Assembly (NCBI GenBank): GCA_964553275.1 | Contig: CAZKKG010000001.1 | Span: forward strand, 36,993 to 100,992 | Direction of reading: 5' to 3' | Length of the DNA stretch: 64,000 nucleotides | Source of the DNA: an uncultured Candidatus Saccharibacteria bacterium | Lineage (GTDB): Bacteria; Patescibacteriota; Minisyncoccia; Minisyncoccales; CAZBVF01 | Shown: piece by piece, positions 54,099 through 63,703 of the stretch | Position numbering within the stretch: the first letter of the stretch is position 1 | Layout of the letters: each line of letters starts with the position of its first letter | Program-made: the position numbers and the translations under genes | Notes under the pieces: model-generated | The model's database searches: none | What the model was told of the DNA's origin: nothing | What the model saw: the letters and a program-made list of their open reading frames with translations, nothing else

Positions 54099-56213
54099 AT
54101 GGCGGTTAGAAAATTCCATAGAAAAACATTAAAAGAACCAAAGACAAAAAAGAAGTTTTCCAGGTTACTAATGTTTTTTTTAATAGTGTTTTTTACTTTA
54201 TTATTAACCGGTTTTTTTCTCTTTATTTACTATGGCAGAGACTTACCACGCCCCGAAAAGTTTACAGAAAAACAGCTTTTTCAACCAACCGGGATATATG
54301 ACCGAACCGGAGAAGTCCTCTTATATCAAATTTACGGTGAGGAAAAAAGAGAATGGGTGGATTTTGAACAAATCCCAGAACAGATGAAACAGGCAGTTAT
54401 ATCGACCGAAGACAGTAATTTCTACAATCATTTTGGAATAGATATCAGAGGAATTGCTAGAGCCATCTTGACCGATTTAAGAATAAGAAAGCCAACTCAT
54501 GGGGGATCAACCATCACTCAGCAATTAATACGATCTTCTTTCTTGAGTAATGAGAAAACCATAGAAAGGAAAATCAAGGAAATCATATTGACATTTGATA
54601 TTGAAAGAAAATTTTCTAAAGATCAAATTTTAGAATTCTATTTGAATCAAGTGCCTTTTGGGCAAAACTGTTACGGAGTACAATCGGCGTCCAAGGCCTA
54701 TTTCGGAAAGCCTATTTCTGAAGCTTCCTTACCGGAGATAGCAATTCTTACCTCTCTCATCCAAGCTCCGAGCTATCTTTCTCCTTACGGAGAACATTTA
54801 GACGAACTCCTTATAAGGAAGGATTACGTTATAGACAGAATGGTAAAAAATGATTTCATAGACGAAGAAGGGGCAAATCAATTTAAAGAAGAAAAAATAA
54901 CATTCACCCCAAAGGAAGATATTAATCAGGTTTTAGCCCCTCATTTTGTTTTAGAAATAAAAGAATATTTAATAAAGAATTATGGTGAAAATTATTTAAC
55001 CAGAAATGGGCTAAAGGTCTACTCCACCCTTGATTGGGAGCTTCAAGAATCAATAGAAACGATAGTTAAACAAAAGTCAGAATTTAATAAAGCCTATAAT
55101 GCCAATAACACTGCTTTGGTGGCATTAGATCCCTGGACGGGTGAAATATTAGCAATGGTTGGGTCCAAAGGCTACTTTGAGGAAGCCTATCCCGAGGGAT
55201 GTAATTCCGAAAAAAATGAATGCCTATTCTCCCCTCAATACAATGCAGCCACACAGGGAGAAAGGCAGCCCGGGTCAGCATTCAAACCCTTTGCTTATCT
55301 AACCGCATTTGAAAAGAAATTTTGCCCCGAAACTATTTTATGGAATGCTGAAACTAACTTCGGCACGAAAGAACAGGAATATATCCCCCAGAATTATAAC
55401 GGGAAGTTCACGGGCCCCATCACTTTTAGAAATGCATTAGCACAATCAATAAACGTGCCATCAATCAAGGTCCTTTATTTAGCGGGAGGAGAAGAAACAT
55501 TGAATAATGCTCGAAAAATGGGTATTACCACTTTAAATAAACCTTTTAGTTACTACAGTCTTCCCCTGGTTTTAGGGGGAGGGGAAGTAAAGCTTATGGA
55601 AATGGTTTCTGCTTACGGAGTTTTTGCTACGGAAGGATATTTCATTAACTCTGTAAATATATTAAAAATCGAAGACATAAAAGGTAATATCATTCAAGAG
55701 AATAAAAATCAATTAAGAAGAATTTTAGACAACCAGCCCTGTAGACTGGTTAATGATATTTTATCCGACAATGAAGCCCGTGCCCCCTTGTTTGGATGGA
55801 ATTCCAACCTTTATTTTAAGGATTACGAAGTTTGTGCAAAAACGGGAACCACTCAAAACTATAATGATGCCTGGGCTATCGGTTACACCCCAAATATTGT
55901 GATAGGAGTATGGGTAGGAAATAACAATAATGCCCCAATGGATAAAAAGCCGGGAGTGGCTTTGGCCGGTCCAATCTTCCATGAATCACTGGAAAAAGCT
56001 TTGGAAATTTATCCCTATGAAGGAGAATTTAAAAAACCAGACCCATATATAGGGGTGCATACAGAAACAGATTTAGAAGATCCTCATTCAATCCTTCATT
56101 ATCTAAAAAAGGAGGACCCCTTAGGACCTCCCCCTCAATTTCCCGCAGATGACCCGCAATATTTAAAGTGGGAAAGGGGAATTGAAATGTATCTTGAGAA
56201 TTCTAAAAAATAA
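54099..56213 (+). CDS. class A penicillin-binding protein (glycosyltransferase plus transpeptidase)
   Basis: GT51 motifs (EDSNFYNHFGID; GGSTITQQL), transpeptidase SAFKP, SxN, KTGTT. Start moved to Met31 (MAVRKF) just before the TM anchor. Confidence 0.85.
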   Translation: MAVRKFHRKTLKEPKTKKKFSRLLMFFLIVFFTLLLTGFFLFIYYGRDLPRPEKFTEKQLFQPTGIYDRTGEVLLYQIYGEEKREWVDFEQIPEQMKQAVISTEDSNFYNHFGIDIRGIARAILTDLRIRKPTHGGSTITQQLIRSSFLSNEKTIERKIKEIILTFDIERKFSKDQILEFYLNQVPFGQNCYGVQSASKAYFGKPISEASLPEIAILTSLIQAPSYLSPYGEHLDELLIRKDYVIDRMVKNDFIDEEGANQFKEEKITFTPKEDINQVLAPHFVLEIKEYLIKNYGENYLTRNGLKVYSTLDWELQESIETIVKQKSEFNKAYNANNTALVALDPWTGEILAMVGSKGYFEEAYPEGCNSEKNECLFSPQYNAATQGERQPGSAFKPFAYLTAFEKKFCPETILWNAETNFGTKEQEYIPQNYNGKFTGPITFRNALAQSINVPSIKVLYLAGGEETLNNARKMGITTLNKPFSYYSLPLVLGGGEVKLMEMVSAYGVFATEGYFINSVNILKIEDIKGNIIQENKNQLRRILDNQPCRLVNDILSDNEARAPLFGWNSNLYFKDYEVCAKTGTTQNYNDAWAIGYTPNIVIGVWVGNNNNAPMDKKPGVALAGPIFHESLEKALEIYPYEGEFKKPDPYIGVHTETDLEDPHSILHYLKKEDPLGPPPQFPADDPQYLKWERGIEMYLENSKK

Positions 56214-56214
56214 A

Positions 56215-57363
56215 CTAGGACTTAATTGGCATTAAAATGTAAATATAACCCGTGTCCTTTGTTGATTTCAGCAGGGCTGGTCCATCTTCACCGTTAAGTT
56301 CGAAAATAACAGAGCCATCTTCCAGGTTTGATATACCATCTATTAAAAATTTGAAATTAAAAGAAATGTCTGCTTTCTCGCCGCCTATCTTTCCATCCAT
56401 AGATGATTTATGTTCCCCTATGTCCGGGTCTTGTGCAAAAAAAGTAATTAAATTCTTGCTAGGATCTACTTTTAAGTTTACCTTGTTTGTTCTGCCGCTA
56501 AAAAGAGAAGCGGTTTTAATTTTATTTAGAAAATCTTCTTTATTCAAAATAATCTGGGTTTTATAGTCTTTGGGAATTATTTCTTGATAATTTGGAAATA
56601 CACCCTCGATTAAACGCGAGGTCAGACAGAACTGAGGAAAGGAAAAATCCTCAGATAAGAATTCAAAAAATAACTGATTTGGTTCAAAATATATTTTTGT
56701 TTTAAATTCTTTTTTTGTTTGAGAGCTTACTTCAGAGATAATATTAGCCACCTCTTTCACCGCTTTTTGGGGAAGAATAAAAGAATAACCTTTATTAATT
56801 TTATTTTCATAATACATATCCTTTTTAGCTAATCTAAAACTGTCGGTACTCACCATTTCCATTTTCTCTTTCTGAATATTGAAATACACTCCGCATAATT
56901 CAGGATGGGTCTGTCCCTGACTGCAAAAATCCAAAACTTTTAATACTCCATTTAAGAAGGGGGTGCTATTTATCTCTATAAAATCTTTTTCGTTTTTAAC
57001 CTTAGGGATTATAGGAAAATCATCCGGAGAAAGTCCTTTTATATAAGACTTAAAGTCTTTTCCCGATACGATAAGGGTATCGTCTTTCCCTTTTAATTCG
57101 ATTTGCATGTCTTCATCTACTAAAGAATTAATAAGACTGGAGAAGGGTTTGGCGGGGATGGAAATCTGACCCTCTTGTTCCATTTTAATTAATGTTCGAT
57201 ATTCCATTCCTATCTCTAAATCCGTACCGACTAAAGTAAGGAAGTTTTGTTTTACTTTAATTAAAATATTATTTAACACGGGGAGTGTGGGGTTTTTTCC
57301 GGTTACTCTTTCAATAATATTTAAACCCTTCTTTAAATTATTCTTTATTATTATTAGTTTCAT
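56215..57363 (-). CDS. dnaN: DNA polymerase III beta sliding clamp
   Basis: 382 aa. MKLIIIKNNLKKGLNIIERVTGKNPTLPVLNNILI. Confidence 0.9.
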   Translation of the reverse strand: MKLIIIKNNLKKGLNIIERVTGKNPTLPVLNNILIKVKQNFLTLVGTDLEIGMEYRTLIKMEQEGQISIPAKPFSSLINSLVDEDMQIELKGKDDTLIVSGKDFKSYIKGLSPDDFPIIPKVKNEKDFIEINSTPFLNGVLKVLDFCSQGQTHPELCGVYFNIQKEKMEMVSTDSFRLAKKDMYYENKINKGYSFILPQKAVKEVANIISEVSSQTKKEFKTKIYFEPNQLFFEFLSEDFSFPQFCLTSRLIEGVFPNYQEIIPKDYKTQIILNKEDFLNKIKTASLFSGRTNKVNLKVDPSKNLITFFAQDPDIGEHKSSMDGKIGGEKADISFNFKFLIDGISNLEDGSVIFELNGEDGPALLKSTKDTGYIYILMPIKS

Positions 57364-57545
57364 GATTTTTTTATTGTTTTAGGTTCAATTTAATTGGGGA
57401 GAAATGGTGAATGAATTCGAATAAAAGAATGTGGAAAAAATATGAATAACAAAAATGGGTTGATTTTTCAAGAATTTACTAATTGTTTTTTAGTAGATTA
57501 TTCTATAGATTTTTATACAGGGTTATAAACAGAACCTTAACAAGA

Positions 57546-58892
57546 TTAAATCCTTGAAATCGTCTGTTTTATGATATCAATTTCTTCTCTCAATTGGTTG
57601 TTTTCTTCTATTTCTTTTGAAATTTTTTGAACCGCATAAATAGCAGTGGTGTGATCTCTGCCTCCAAAATTTCTTCCTATAAAAGGAAAGGAGCTTTTTA
57701 GTTCTTTTCTTAAAATATACATAGCAACTTGACGCGGCCTTACGATTTCTTTCTTTCTTGACGAATTTATTAAATCAACCTCTTTTATGGAATAAAATTC
57801 TGCCACTTCTTTAATTATTCTCTTAGGAGTAACTCTTTTATACGGAGAGGATATAATGTTTTTTAATAAAGCCTTAACTTCATTTTCATTAACAATACAA
57901 TTATTAACTTTTTGATAAACTATAACCTGATTTAAGGCACCCTCTAATTCTCTGATATTCCTTTTTATATTTGAAGCTATATATTCTATAATTTTCAAAG
58001 AAATATCTATTTGTTTTTCTTGAAGTTTTGTTTTGAGAATGGCTATTCTTGTCTCAACATCGGGTAGGCTTATGTCTGTTATCATCCCTCCCTCAAAACG
58101 TGAACGCAGTCTTTCTTCTAAGGCGGAAATTGCATTGGGGGGGCGATCGGAAGAAAGAATCACTTGCTTATTTCTCTCGTGTAAAGTATTAAATGTGTGA
58201 AAGAATTCTTCCTGAGTTTTTTCTTTCCCAGCAATAAATTGAATATCGTCAATTATTAAGACGTCAAAGGACCTATAGTTTTCTTTAAGCTTTTCAATGC
58301 TTTTATTCTTAATTGAATTTACAACTTCGGAGGTAAACTTCTCGGAAGGCAAATATTTAATCTTCTTTTTTGGAAACTTTTTATCAATCTCGTTGCCGAT
58401 CGCTTGAATTAAGTGAGTTTTTCCCAATCCCACTCCTCCGTATATGAATAAAGGGTTATAGGATGATCCCGGACTTTTACAAACAGCCTGAGCCGCTGCA
58501 TAGGCAAGTTCGTTAAAAGGTCCCACCACAAAATTATCAAATGTATAGCGGGGATTTAGATTAGTATCTTTATTGATTTTAAATTGTTGAAAGTTAAGCT
58601 GGCTTGTTTCTATTCTGGTAGGAGAATAGATTTTAACATTTAATCTTGGGTTTGAAACTTCATATTTCACAACCCTGACATCTTGATCCAAGGCTCTTAC
58701 CGTTTTCAAAATAAGCTTGTTGTATTTATTCTCCAGCCATTCTTTTGAAAAATTGTTAGGAACAGAAACGACAATTTCATTTTCTTTTTTATTTACAATT
58801 TTTGTATTTTTGAACCAAGTGGCAAAATTAGCTGGAGAAATATTAAATTGAATTTGCGCTAGCAGAGTCTGCCATAAATCTTCTTTTTTCAT
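57546..58892 (-). CDS. dnaA: chromosomal replication initiator DnaA
   Basis: 448 aa. Walker A GGVGLGKTHL, sensor/box VII, C-terminal DNA-binding domain. Confidence 0.95.
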   Translation of the reverse strand: MKKEDLWQTLLAQIQFNISPANFATWFKNTKIVNKKENEIVVSVPNNFSKEWLENKYNKLILKTVRALDQDVRVVKYEVSNPRLNVKIYSPTRIETSQLNFQQFKINKDTNLNPRYTFDNFVVGPFNELAYAAAQAVCKSPGSSYNPLFIYGGVGLGKTHLIQAIGNEIDKKFPKKKIKYLPSEKFTSEVVNSIKNKSIEKLKENYRSFDVLIIDDIQFIAGKEKTQEEFFHTFNTLHERNKQVILSSDRPPNAISALEERLRSRFEGGMITDISLPDVETRIAILKTKLQEKQIDISLKIIEYIASNIKRNIRELEGALNQVIVYQKVNNCIVNENEVKALLKNIISSPYKRVTPKRIIKEVAEFYSIKEVDLINSSRKKEIVRPRQVAMYILRKELKSSFPFIGRNFGGRDHTTAIYAVQKISKEIEENNQLREEIDIIKQTISRI

Positions 58893-59158
58893 GAAATGTA
58901 ATTATTTTTTTAAAAGCTTTTCCAAAAAATAACTTAAAATTTAACACTATTTTTTTTAGTTCAATCGTATTATAGCATAGCACAAATAGAATAAAAATAA
59001 AGGGGAAATACGTTAAAACGTGAACAAACTGTTTATAATTTGTTAAGAAATTCGAGATATTTTTAATGCCTATATTTTCTATTTATTACATATAAAGAGT
59101 TTGTCCTTTTGATTATGTTATGTTAGAATGCTAGTATATTTCATCGTAATATATCGTT
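58893..59158. other. candidate oriC/promoter region between divergent dnaA and rpmH
   Basis: 266-bp AT-rich intergenic region with degenerate DnaA-box-like 9-mers (tgtttataa, ttttccaaa). Second AT-rich spacer 57364-57545 contains tgtggaaaa (1 mismatch to TGTGGATAA). Confidence 0.4.
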
Positions 59159-59293
59159 ATGAGCATTACCTATAATCCCAAAAAGAGAAAAAGGAAAAAA
59201 GCACATGGATTTAGAATTAGAATGAGCACAAAGGCAGGGAGAAGCGTTCTAAGCAACAGGAGGAAGAAAAAAAGAAAGCAGCTTACTGTTTAG
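59159..59293 (+). CDS. rpmH: 50S ribosomal protein L34
   Basis: Hand-translated 44 aa: [44 protein letters not shown]. Below the ORF-track size cutoff. Confidence 0.9.
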   Translation: MSITYNPKKRKRKKAHGFRIRMSTKAGRSVLSNRRKKKRKQLTV

Positions 59294-59330
59294 CTCTTTT
59301 AGAAAGGCGCTTTTTAAATTTTATAAAAAG

Positions 59331-59675
59331 GTGTTTCCGAAAAGAAAAAGATTAAAAAAGAAAAAAGATTTTGATAAAGTTTTTCATGAAGGTGCAAGTT
59401 TTAAGGAAGACTTTTTATTTCTAAAGATTTTTAAGAATGACCTGGGGACTAATCGTTTCGGAGTAGCGGTTGGAAAAAAGACTTTCAATAAGGCAACAGA
59501 AAGAAATAGAATTAAGAGAAGAATAAATGAGTTGTTAAGATCTGAATTGCCCGAACTGAAAAAAGGATGGGACATTATAGTAATTATCAGCGGCAACATT
59601 AAAAACGAAAGTCATGGAGAATTAAAAGACAAAATTAATAAACTTTTCGAAAAAGCAAAATTAATTCTCGATTAA
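59331..59675 (+). CDS. rnpA: ribonuclease P protein component
   Basis: 114 aa. RLKKKKDF...NRFGVAVGKK...RNRIKRRI. Confidence 0.85.
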   Translation: MFPKRKRLKKKKDFDKVFHEGASFKEDFLFLKIFKNDLGTNRFGVAVGKKTFNKATERNRIKRRINELLRSELPELKKGWDIIVIISGNIKNESHGELKDKINKLFEKAKLILD

Positions 59676-59686
59676 CTTTATTATTC

Positions 59687-59896
59687 ATGGGAAAGAACAT
59701 TGTGCTTAAAGTAATAAAATTCTACCAATTCTTTATTTCGGCTAATTTTGGACGACATTGCAGATTTTATCCAACTTGTTCTGCCTATACCTATCAAGCT
59801 GTTGAAAAATATGGAATTTTCAAAGGTGTATTCAAGGGTTTTTGGAGAATCCTAAAATGTGGTCCATGGTCTCGAGGAGGAGTAGATTTACCATAA
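59687..59896 (+). CDS. yidD: membrane protein insertion efficiency factor YidD
   Basis: 69 aa. CRFYPTCSAYTYQAVEKYG. Confidence 0.85.
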   Translation: MGKNIVLKVIKFYQFFISANFGRHCRFYPTCSAYTYQAVEKYGIFKGVFKGFWRILKCGPWSRGGVDLP

Positions 59897-59899
59897 TTT

Positions 59900-60655
59900 A
59901 TGGAATTTTTAATTAACATTTTTAATGTAATTCTATATCAGCCGCTTTTCAATATTCTGATTGTGTTCTACCAATATCTGCCGGGGCATGATTTTGGAAT
60001 AGCGGTCATAGCATTAACCCTTTTTGTCAGAATAATCTTGTATCCTGTAATGATGCACTCCATCAAGTCCCAGAAGAAGATTCAGGATATTCAGCCCAAG
60101 ATTCAGGAGATTCAGGAAAAATATAAGGACGACAAGGAAAAACAGGCAAAGGCGGTAATGGAAGTTTACAAAGAATCAAAGGTTAACCCTTTTGGGGGAT
60201 GTCTTCCCCTACTCCTTCAGCTTCCGATTCTAATTGCGCTATACCGCGTATTTTGGAATAGTTTTCAAATAGATCCAACGCTTGTTTACAGTTTTATCCC
60301 GCCCCCGGAAGCACTTAACCCTCTTTTTCTGGGGATAATAGACTTGTCTCGGCCCAATATCATTTTTGCCATACTTGCAGGAATAGGACAATATTTTCAA
60401 GCAAAAACTTCCTTTGCAAAAGTTCCTAAAAGAAAAAAGAAGGGAGAAAATCAGATGAGTCAGTTTTCCGGTATGATGCAGAAACAAATGCTTTATTTCT
60501 TTCCCGCGTTTACTTTCTTCATCCTTTTAAGACTTCCTGCGGCTCTCGGTTTATACTGGATGATAAACATCCTATTTTCGATTTTTCAACAACATTCAAT
60601 TTATAAATCAGATAAACCAAAAGAAGAACCCAACCATGGCACAATCAAATCCTGA
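59900..60655 (+). CDS. yidC: membrane protein insertase YidC (short form)
   Basis: 251 aa, multi-TM. LNILIVFYQ...GIAVIALT...QKKIQDIQPKIQEIQEKYKDD. Confidence 0.85.
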   Translation: MEFLINIFNVILYQPLFNILIVFYQYLPGHDFGIAVIALTLFVRIILYPVMMHSIKSQKKIQDIQPKIQEIQEKYKDDKEKQAKAVMEVYKESKVNPFGGCLPLLLQLPILIALYRVFWNSFQIDPTLVYSFIPPPEALNPLFLGIIDLSRPNIIFAILAGIGQYFQAKTSFAKVPKRKKKGENQMSQFSGMMQKQMLYFFPAFTFFILLRLPAALGLYWMINILFSIFQQHSIYKSDKPKEEPNHGTIKS

Positions 60656-61100
60656 AAAAATTAAAGAAATCATAGAAGAATTCTTTCAGAAAATGGGTTT
60701 TGGGGTTGAGGTAGAGATAAGAATACCTCAAGACCTGACTATTCCTATTGATATTAAAACCTTCGAACCACAGATTTTAATCGGTAAAAACGGAGAAACC
60801 TTAACAGAAATACAGCGCTTATTAAAAATAATCCTTAAAAGAAAAATTGCTCCAGAGAAGAGCTTTTACATTGATTTAGATATAAATGACTATAAAAAGA
60901 AGAAGGTGGAATATTTAAGGGAGATGGCAAGAGATGCTGCCAATGAAGTTTCCCTTTCAAAGAAAGAAAGAAAACTGGCTTCGATGCCAGCTTACGAAAG
61001 AAGAGTTATTCATCTGGAGTTAGTAGACAGAGAGGATATTACAACAGAAAGCGTGGGAGAGGAACCCGAGAGAAGCATTGTCATAAAACCCGCTCTTTAA
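60636..61100 (+). CDS. jag: Jag/KhpB-like RNA-binding protein (KH plus R3H)
   Basis: 154 aa. KH-like ILIGKNGETL and C-terminal R3H (YERRVIHLEL). Confidence 0.75.
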   Translation: MAQSNPEKIKEIIEEFFQKMGFGVEVEIRIPQDLTIPIDIKTFEPQILIGKNGETLTEIQRLLKIILKRKIAPEKSFYIDLDINDYKKKKVEYLREMARDAANEVSLSKKERKLASMPAYERRVIHLELVDREDITTESVGEEPERSIVIKPAL

Positions 61101-61125
61101 TTGATATTAAATAAAGAATTCTCAA

Positions 61126-61150
61126 GAAGCCCCCTTCGGGGCTTTTTTAA
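61126..61150. terminator. bidirectional intrinsic terminator
   Basis: gaagcccc-ttcg-gggcttttttaa between convergent jag and the 61147 gene. Confidence 0.7.
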
Positions 61151-62637
61151 TCTCCTTTTATAATCTTTCCCTTAAATACTTGTAGAACTTCGATGCATGG
61201 TTGTCTATTCCACCACCAAAATCCTTGAGTACAAAAAGTTCCGACAAAATCATCTTCTAAGTTTCTATCGCTCTTGTCAAACACTTCGCAGGGTTTTGCA
61301 TTGTCTATGCTGCCGATTTCAATTTGTCCTACCGACCAACTAGCCTCTGGCGAGCCGTAAGCTATGGCAACCCAGTTTTCTTCTTTGTCTACTTTAATTG
61401 AATAACAAGGATTCATGTTAACTGTTTTATTGCTTTTGATATTCTTTATTTCTTTTTTTGATTCACCCGGTTCAAGATCCTCGTTGAAATCTCGATGATC
61501 ATAAATACTAATGCCTTCACCTTCGGCCACTTCCTCTATCATGAAAGGAGTAACCGAACGAAATTCAAAATTTAGCAATTTTTTATCTTCTGTCGCGGTC
61601 ACGCAATCTCCGTCAAATCCATCTCCTTTATGCATAACTAATCCATATTCATAGTCTTCGTTTTCATCGGGAATTAGATAAACTTGTTTAACCTTTCCCT
61701 TAAACTCTTCAATCACAGGACTTTTAACTGATAATTTGTAGCAATTTTCTTTAATTTTCTCTAACATTTCATCTTCTGCGTCCTTATCTAAATTAGCAGA
61801 ACCTTGCATAAAAGACACAAAGCCATCGATTGGTTCCTTACAAAGCCAGATCCCGGAACCAACTGAGATTGCCGGTTTAATATCCTGAGGGCTTATTACT
61901 GCCGAATCAAATTTAATCTGGTTTAAGATTGTAATAGAAGAAATCAAAATTAATACTCCTAATATGGCATAGAGTATTTGGTTTGTAGCATCGGATTTGA
62001 GTCCGGGATTTTCACCGGAAATTAAATATTTTACCCCGGCTATAACTAGTACTCCAAAAGCAACAATTCCCACTATCCAAAGGGCGAAGTTAAAGATGTA
62101 TTTTACATACTTATCTAAGGGGGTAGAGACCTTCTCTGGTGTTTCGGCTCCCCTAATGTTGGGGTAATCTATTTCCAAATCCCTTCCTCCTCCATTGTCT
62201 TGGGCAAAAGCAAAATTAAAAGTTGATTGGTCGGCAGGGCCGGTAGAAGGTTCAGAAAGTATAAGGAGTTCGGGGTTTATTTCGCTCAAGACTAATACGG
62301 AGAGAAGCAAAATCATTATTCCTATCAGAGCCGAAGAGGCTTGATTCTTTGCATCCTTTTGGATTGAAGCATTTCCCGTAGATGTTAAGTATCTTATTCC
62401 TGCAAAAGCCAGTACTCCAAAAGCGACAATTCCCACTATCCAAAGGGCGAAGTTAAAGATGTATTTTACATATTCTGGCAAAGGAATTGAAGTTTCCTCA
62501 GGATGAATTTCCATCAGTTTTGGGTAATCAATTTCAAGACTCCTTGAAAAAACAGAGAAAGCAGAGCTGCCGGATAAAAGGATAGCTGTCAGAAGGATAA
62601 GGCCGATTTTTATAAATTTAGTATGTTTCTTTGCCAT
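61147..62637 (-). CDS. secreted protein with two tandem T4SS-pilin-like (TrbC/VirB2-like) helix-pair modules and Cys-containing C-terminal domain
   Basis: 496 aa. Signal peptide, then twice LEIDYP...YVKYIFNFALWIVGIVAFGVL..AG.(R/K)YL.S.(G/E)N...K.DA.NQ. The two copies are about 90% identical at nucleotide level (62050-62110 vs 62412-62472). Confidence 0.5.
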   Translation of the reverse strand: MAKKHTKFIKIGLILLTAILLSGSSAFSVFSRSLEIDYPKLMEIHPEETSIPLPEYVKYIFNFALWIVGIVAFGVLAFAGIRYLTSTGNASIQKDAKNQASSALIGIMILLLSVLVLSEINPELLILSEPSTGPADQSTFNFAFAQDNGGGRDLEIDYPNIRGAETPEKVSTPLDKYVKYIFNFALWIVGIVAFGVLVIAGVKYLISGENPGLKSDATNQILYAILGVLILISSITILNQIKFDSAVISPQDIKPAISVGSGIWLCKEPIDGFVSFMQGSANLDKDAEDEMLEKIKENCYKLSVKSPVIEEFKGKVKQVYLIPDENEDYEYGLVMHKGDGFDGDCVTATEDKKLLNFEFRSVTPFMIEEVAEGEGISIYDHRDFNEDLEPGESKKEIKNIKSNKTVNMNPCYSIKVDKEENWVAIAYGSPEASWSVGQIEIGSIDNAKPCEVFDKSDRNLEDDFVGTFCTQGFWWWNRQPCIEVLQVFKGKIIKGD

Positions 62638-62640
62638 AAC

Positions 62641-63699
62641 TTAATTGAGGATAGCTATAATTTGATTGCAAGCGCAGCCTGCCGCGTTTTGAAGTTCTTC
62701 AACCTCCTTTATTTTATCTTCCATCTCTGAGACAGGGCAGGGATTTCCTTTTTTTGGCTTTAACGGAGAGCAGGGCATTGAGTCACCGCAATCATAATGG
62801 CACACTCCTTCGCATTGGGCTGTGCATTTCTCTGCTGTAAGGCATTCGTTTGGAAGCTCTGCTATCTCTTGGGAAATAGTTGCTATTTCTTCCATCGGGG
62901 CTAAAATTTCTTCTAAATACTTTTTTAGATTTTCAGCTTGTGACTCTGTTAATCTTCCCCAATATATAAAATGTTCAAGCTCAGAATCAATATCTTCTCT
63001 CTCGGAGTCTATCCTATTTCTATAGTACAACAATTCGGCTGCCGCTAAAACAATCTCTTTCTGTTTTTCAATGATCTCTTCTCTATTGGGGCAGGGATCG
63101 CCATAGCAGCGGATAGCTTGACAACTCCATCCAACACAATCGCATTCAGAAAATGTAGAGCAGCAACAGCATTCTTTAATCAATTCTAACAGCTCCTTGT
63201 CTCTATTTATCAGATTGGGAATGATAGTATCCCTAACCTTTTTAACCAAGTCTTTTATTCTGACTAAGGGGTCTTGAGAGACTGGAGCCGTTGGAGAGGG
63301 AGATGGGCCGACTTCGGCTTCTTCTAAGTCCTGTTTTTCTAATATAACCAAATCCGGGTTGATAGTGTTTAGAATGAAGACGGATCCCAGAAGTATTGCC
63401 ATTCCTAAAATAACAGCAGTTATTTGGTCCTTAGCGCCTTTAACGGCTGAAGGGCTGCCAACAGAGGTTAGATAACGTAATCCTGCCCAAACCAGGCATC
63501 CAAAAGCTATAATTCCCAATATCCATATTGAGAAATCAAAAAGATATTTTACATATTGAAATATGGAAGTTGAGGTACCGGGAGCTTCGGATCCTCCCGG
63601 GATGTCGGGATAATCAACATCTAATGCTCTTTCTGCCAACAAAATGGTTGTTGGCAAGAATATAAGGATTAAGATTGTCAATAAAATCTTTTTTATCAT
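62641..63699 (-). CDS. secreted protein with one T4SS-pilin-like module plus Cys-rich domain
   Basis: 352 aa. LDVDYP...YVKYLFDFSIWILGIIAFGCLVWAGLRYLTSVG...KGAKDQ, then clusters CCCCSTFSECDCVGWSCQAIRCYGDPCP and CTAQCEGVCHYDCGDSMPCSP. Confidence 0.5.
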   Translation of the reverse strand: MIKKILLTILILIFLPTTILLAERALDVDYPDIPGGSEAPGTSTSIFQYVKYLFDFSIWILGIIAFGCLVWAGLRYLTSVGSPSAVKGAKDQITAVILGMAILLGSVFILNTINPDLVILEKQDLEEAEVGPSPSPTAPVSQDPLVRIKDLVKKVRDTIIPNLINRDKELLELIKECCCCSTFSECDCVGWSCQAIRCYGDPCPNREEIIEKQKEIVLAAAELLYYRNRIDSEREDIDSELEHFIYWGRLTESQAENLKKYLEEILAPMEEIATISQEIAELPNECLTAEKCTAQCEGVCHYDCGDSMPCSPLKPKKGNPCPVSEMEDKIKEVEELQNAAGCACNQIIAILN

Positions 63700-63703
63700 A
63701 GTT

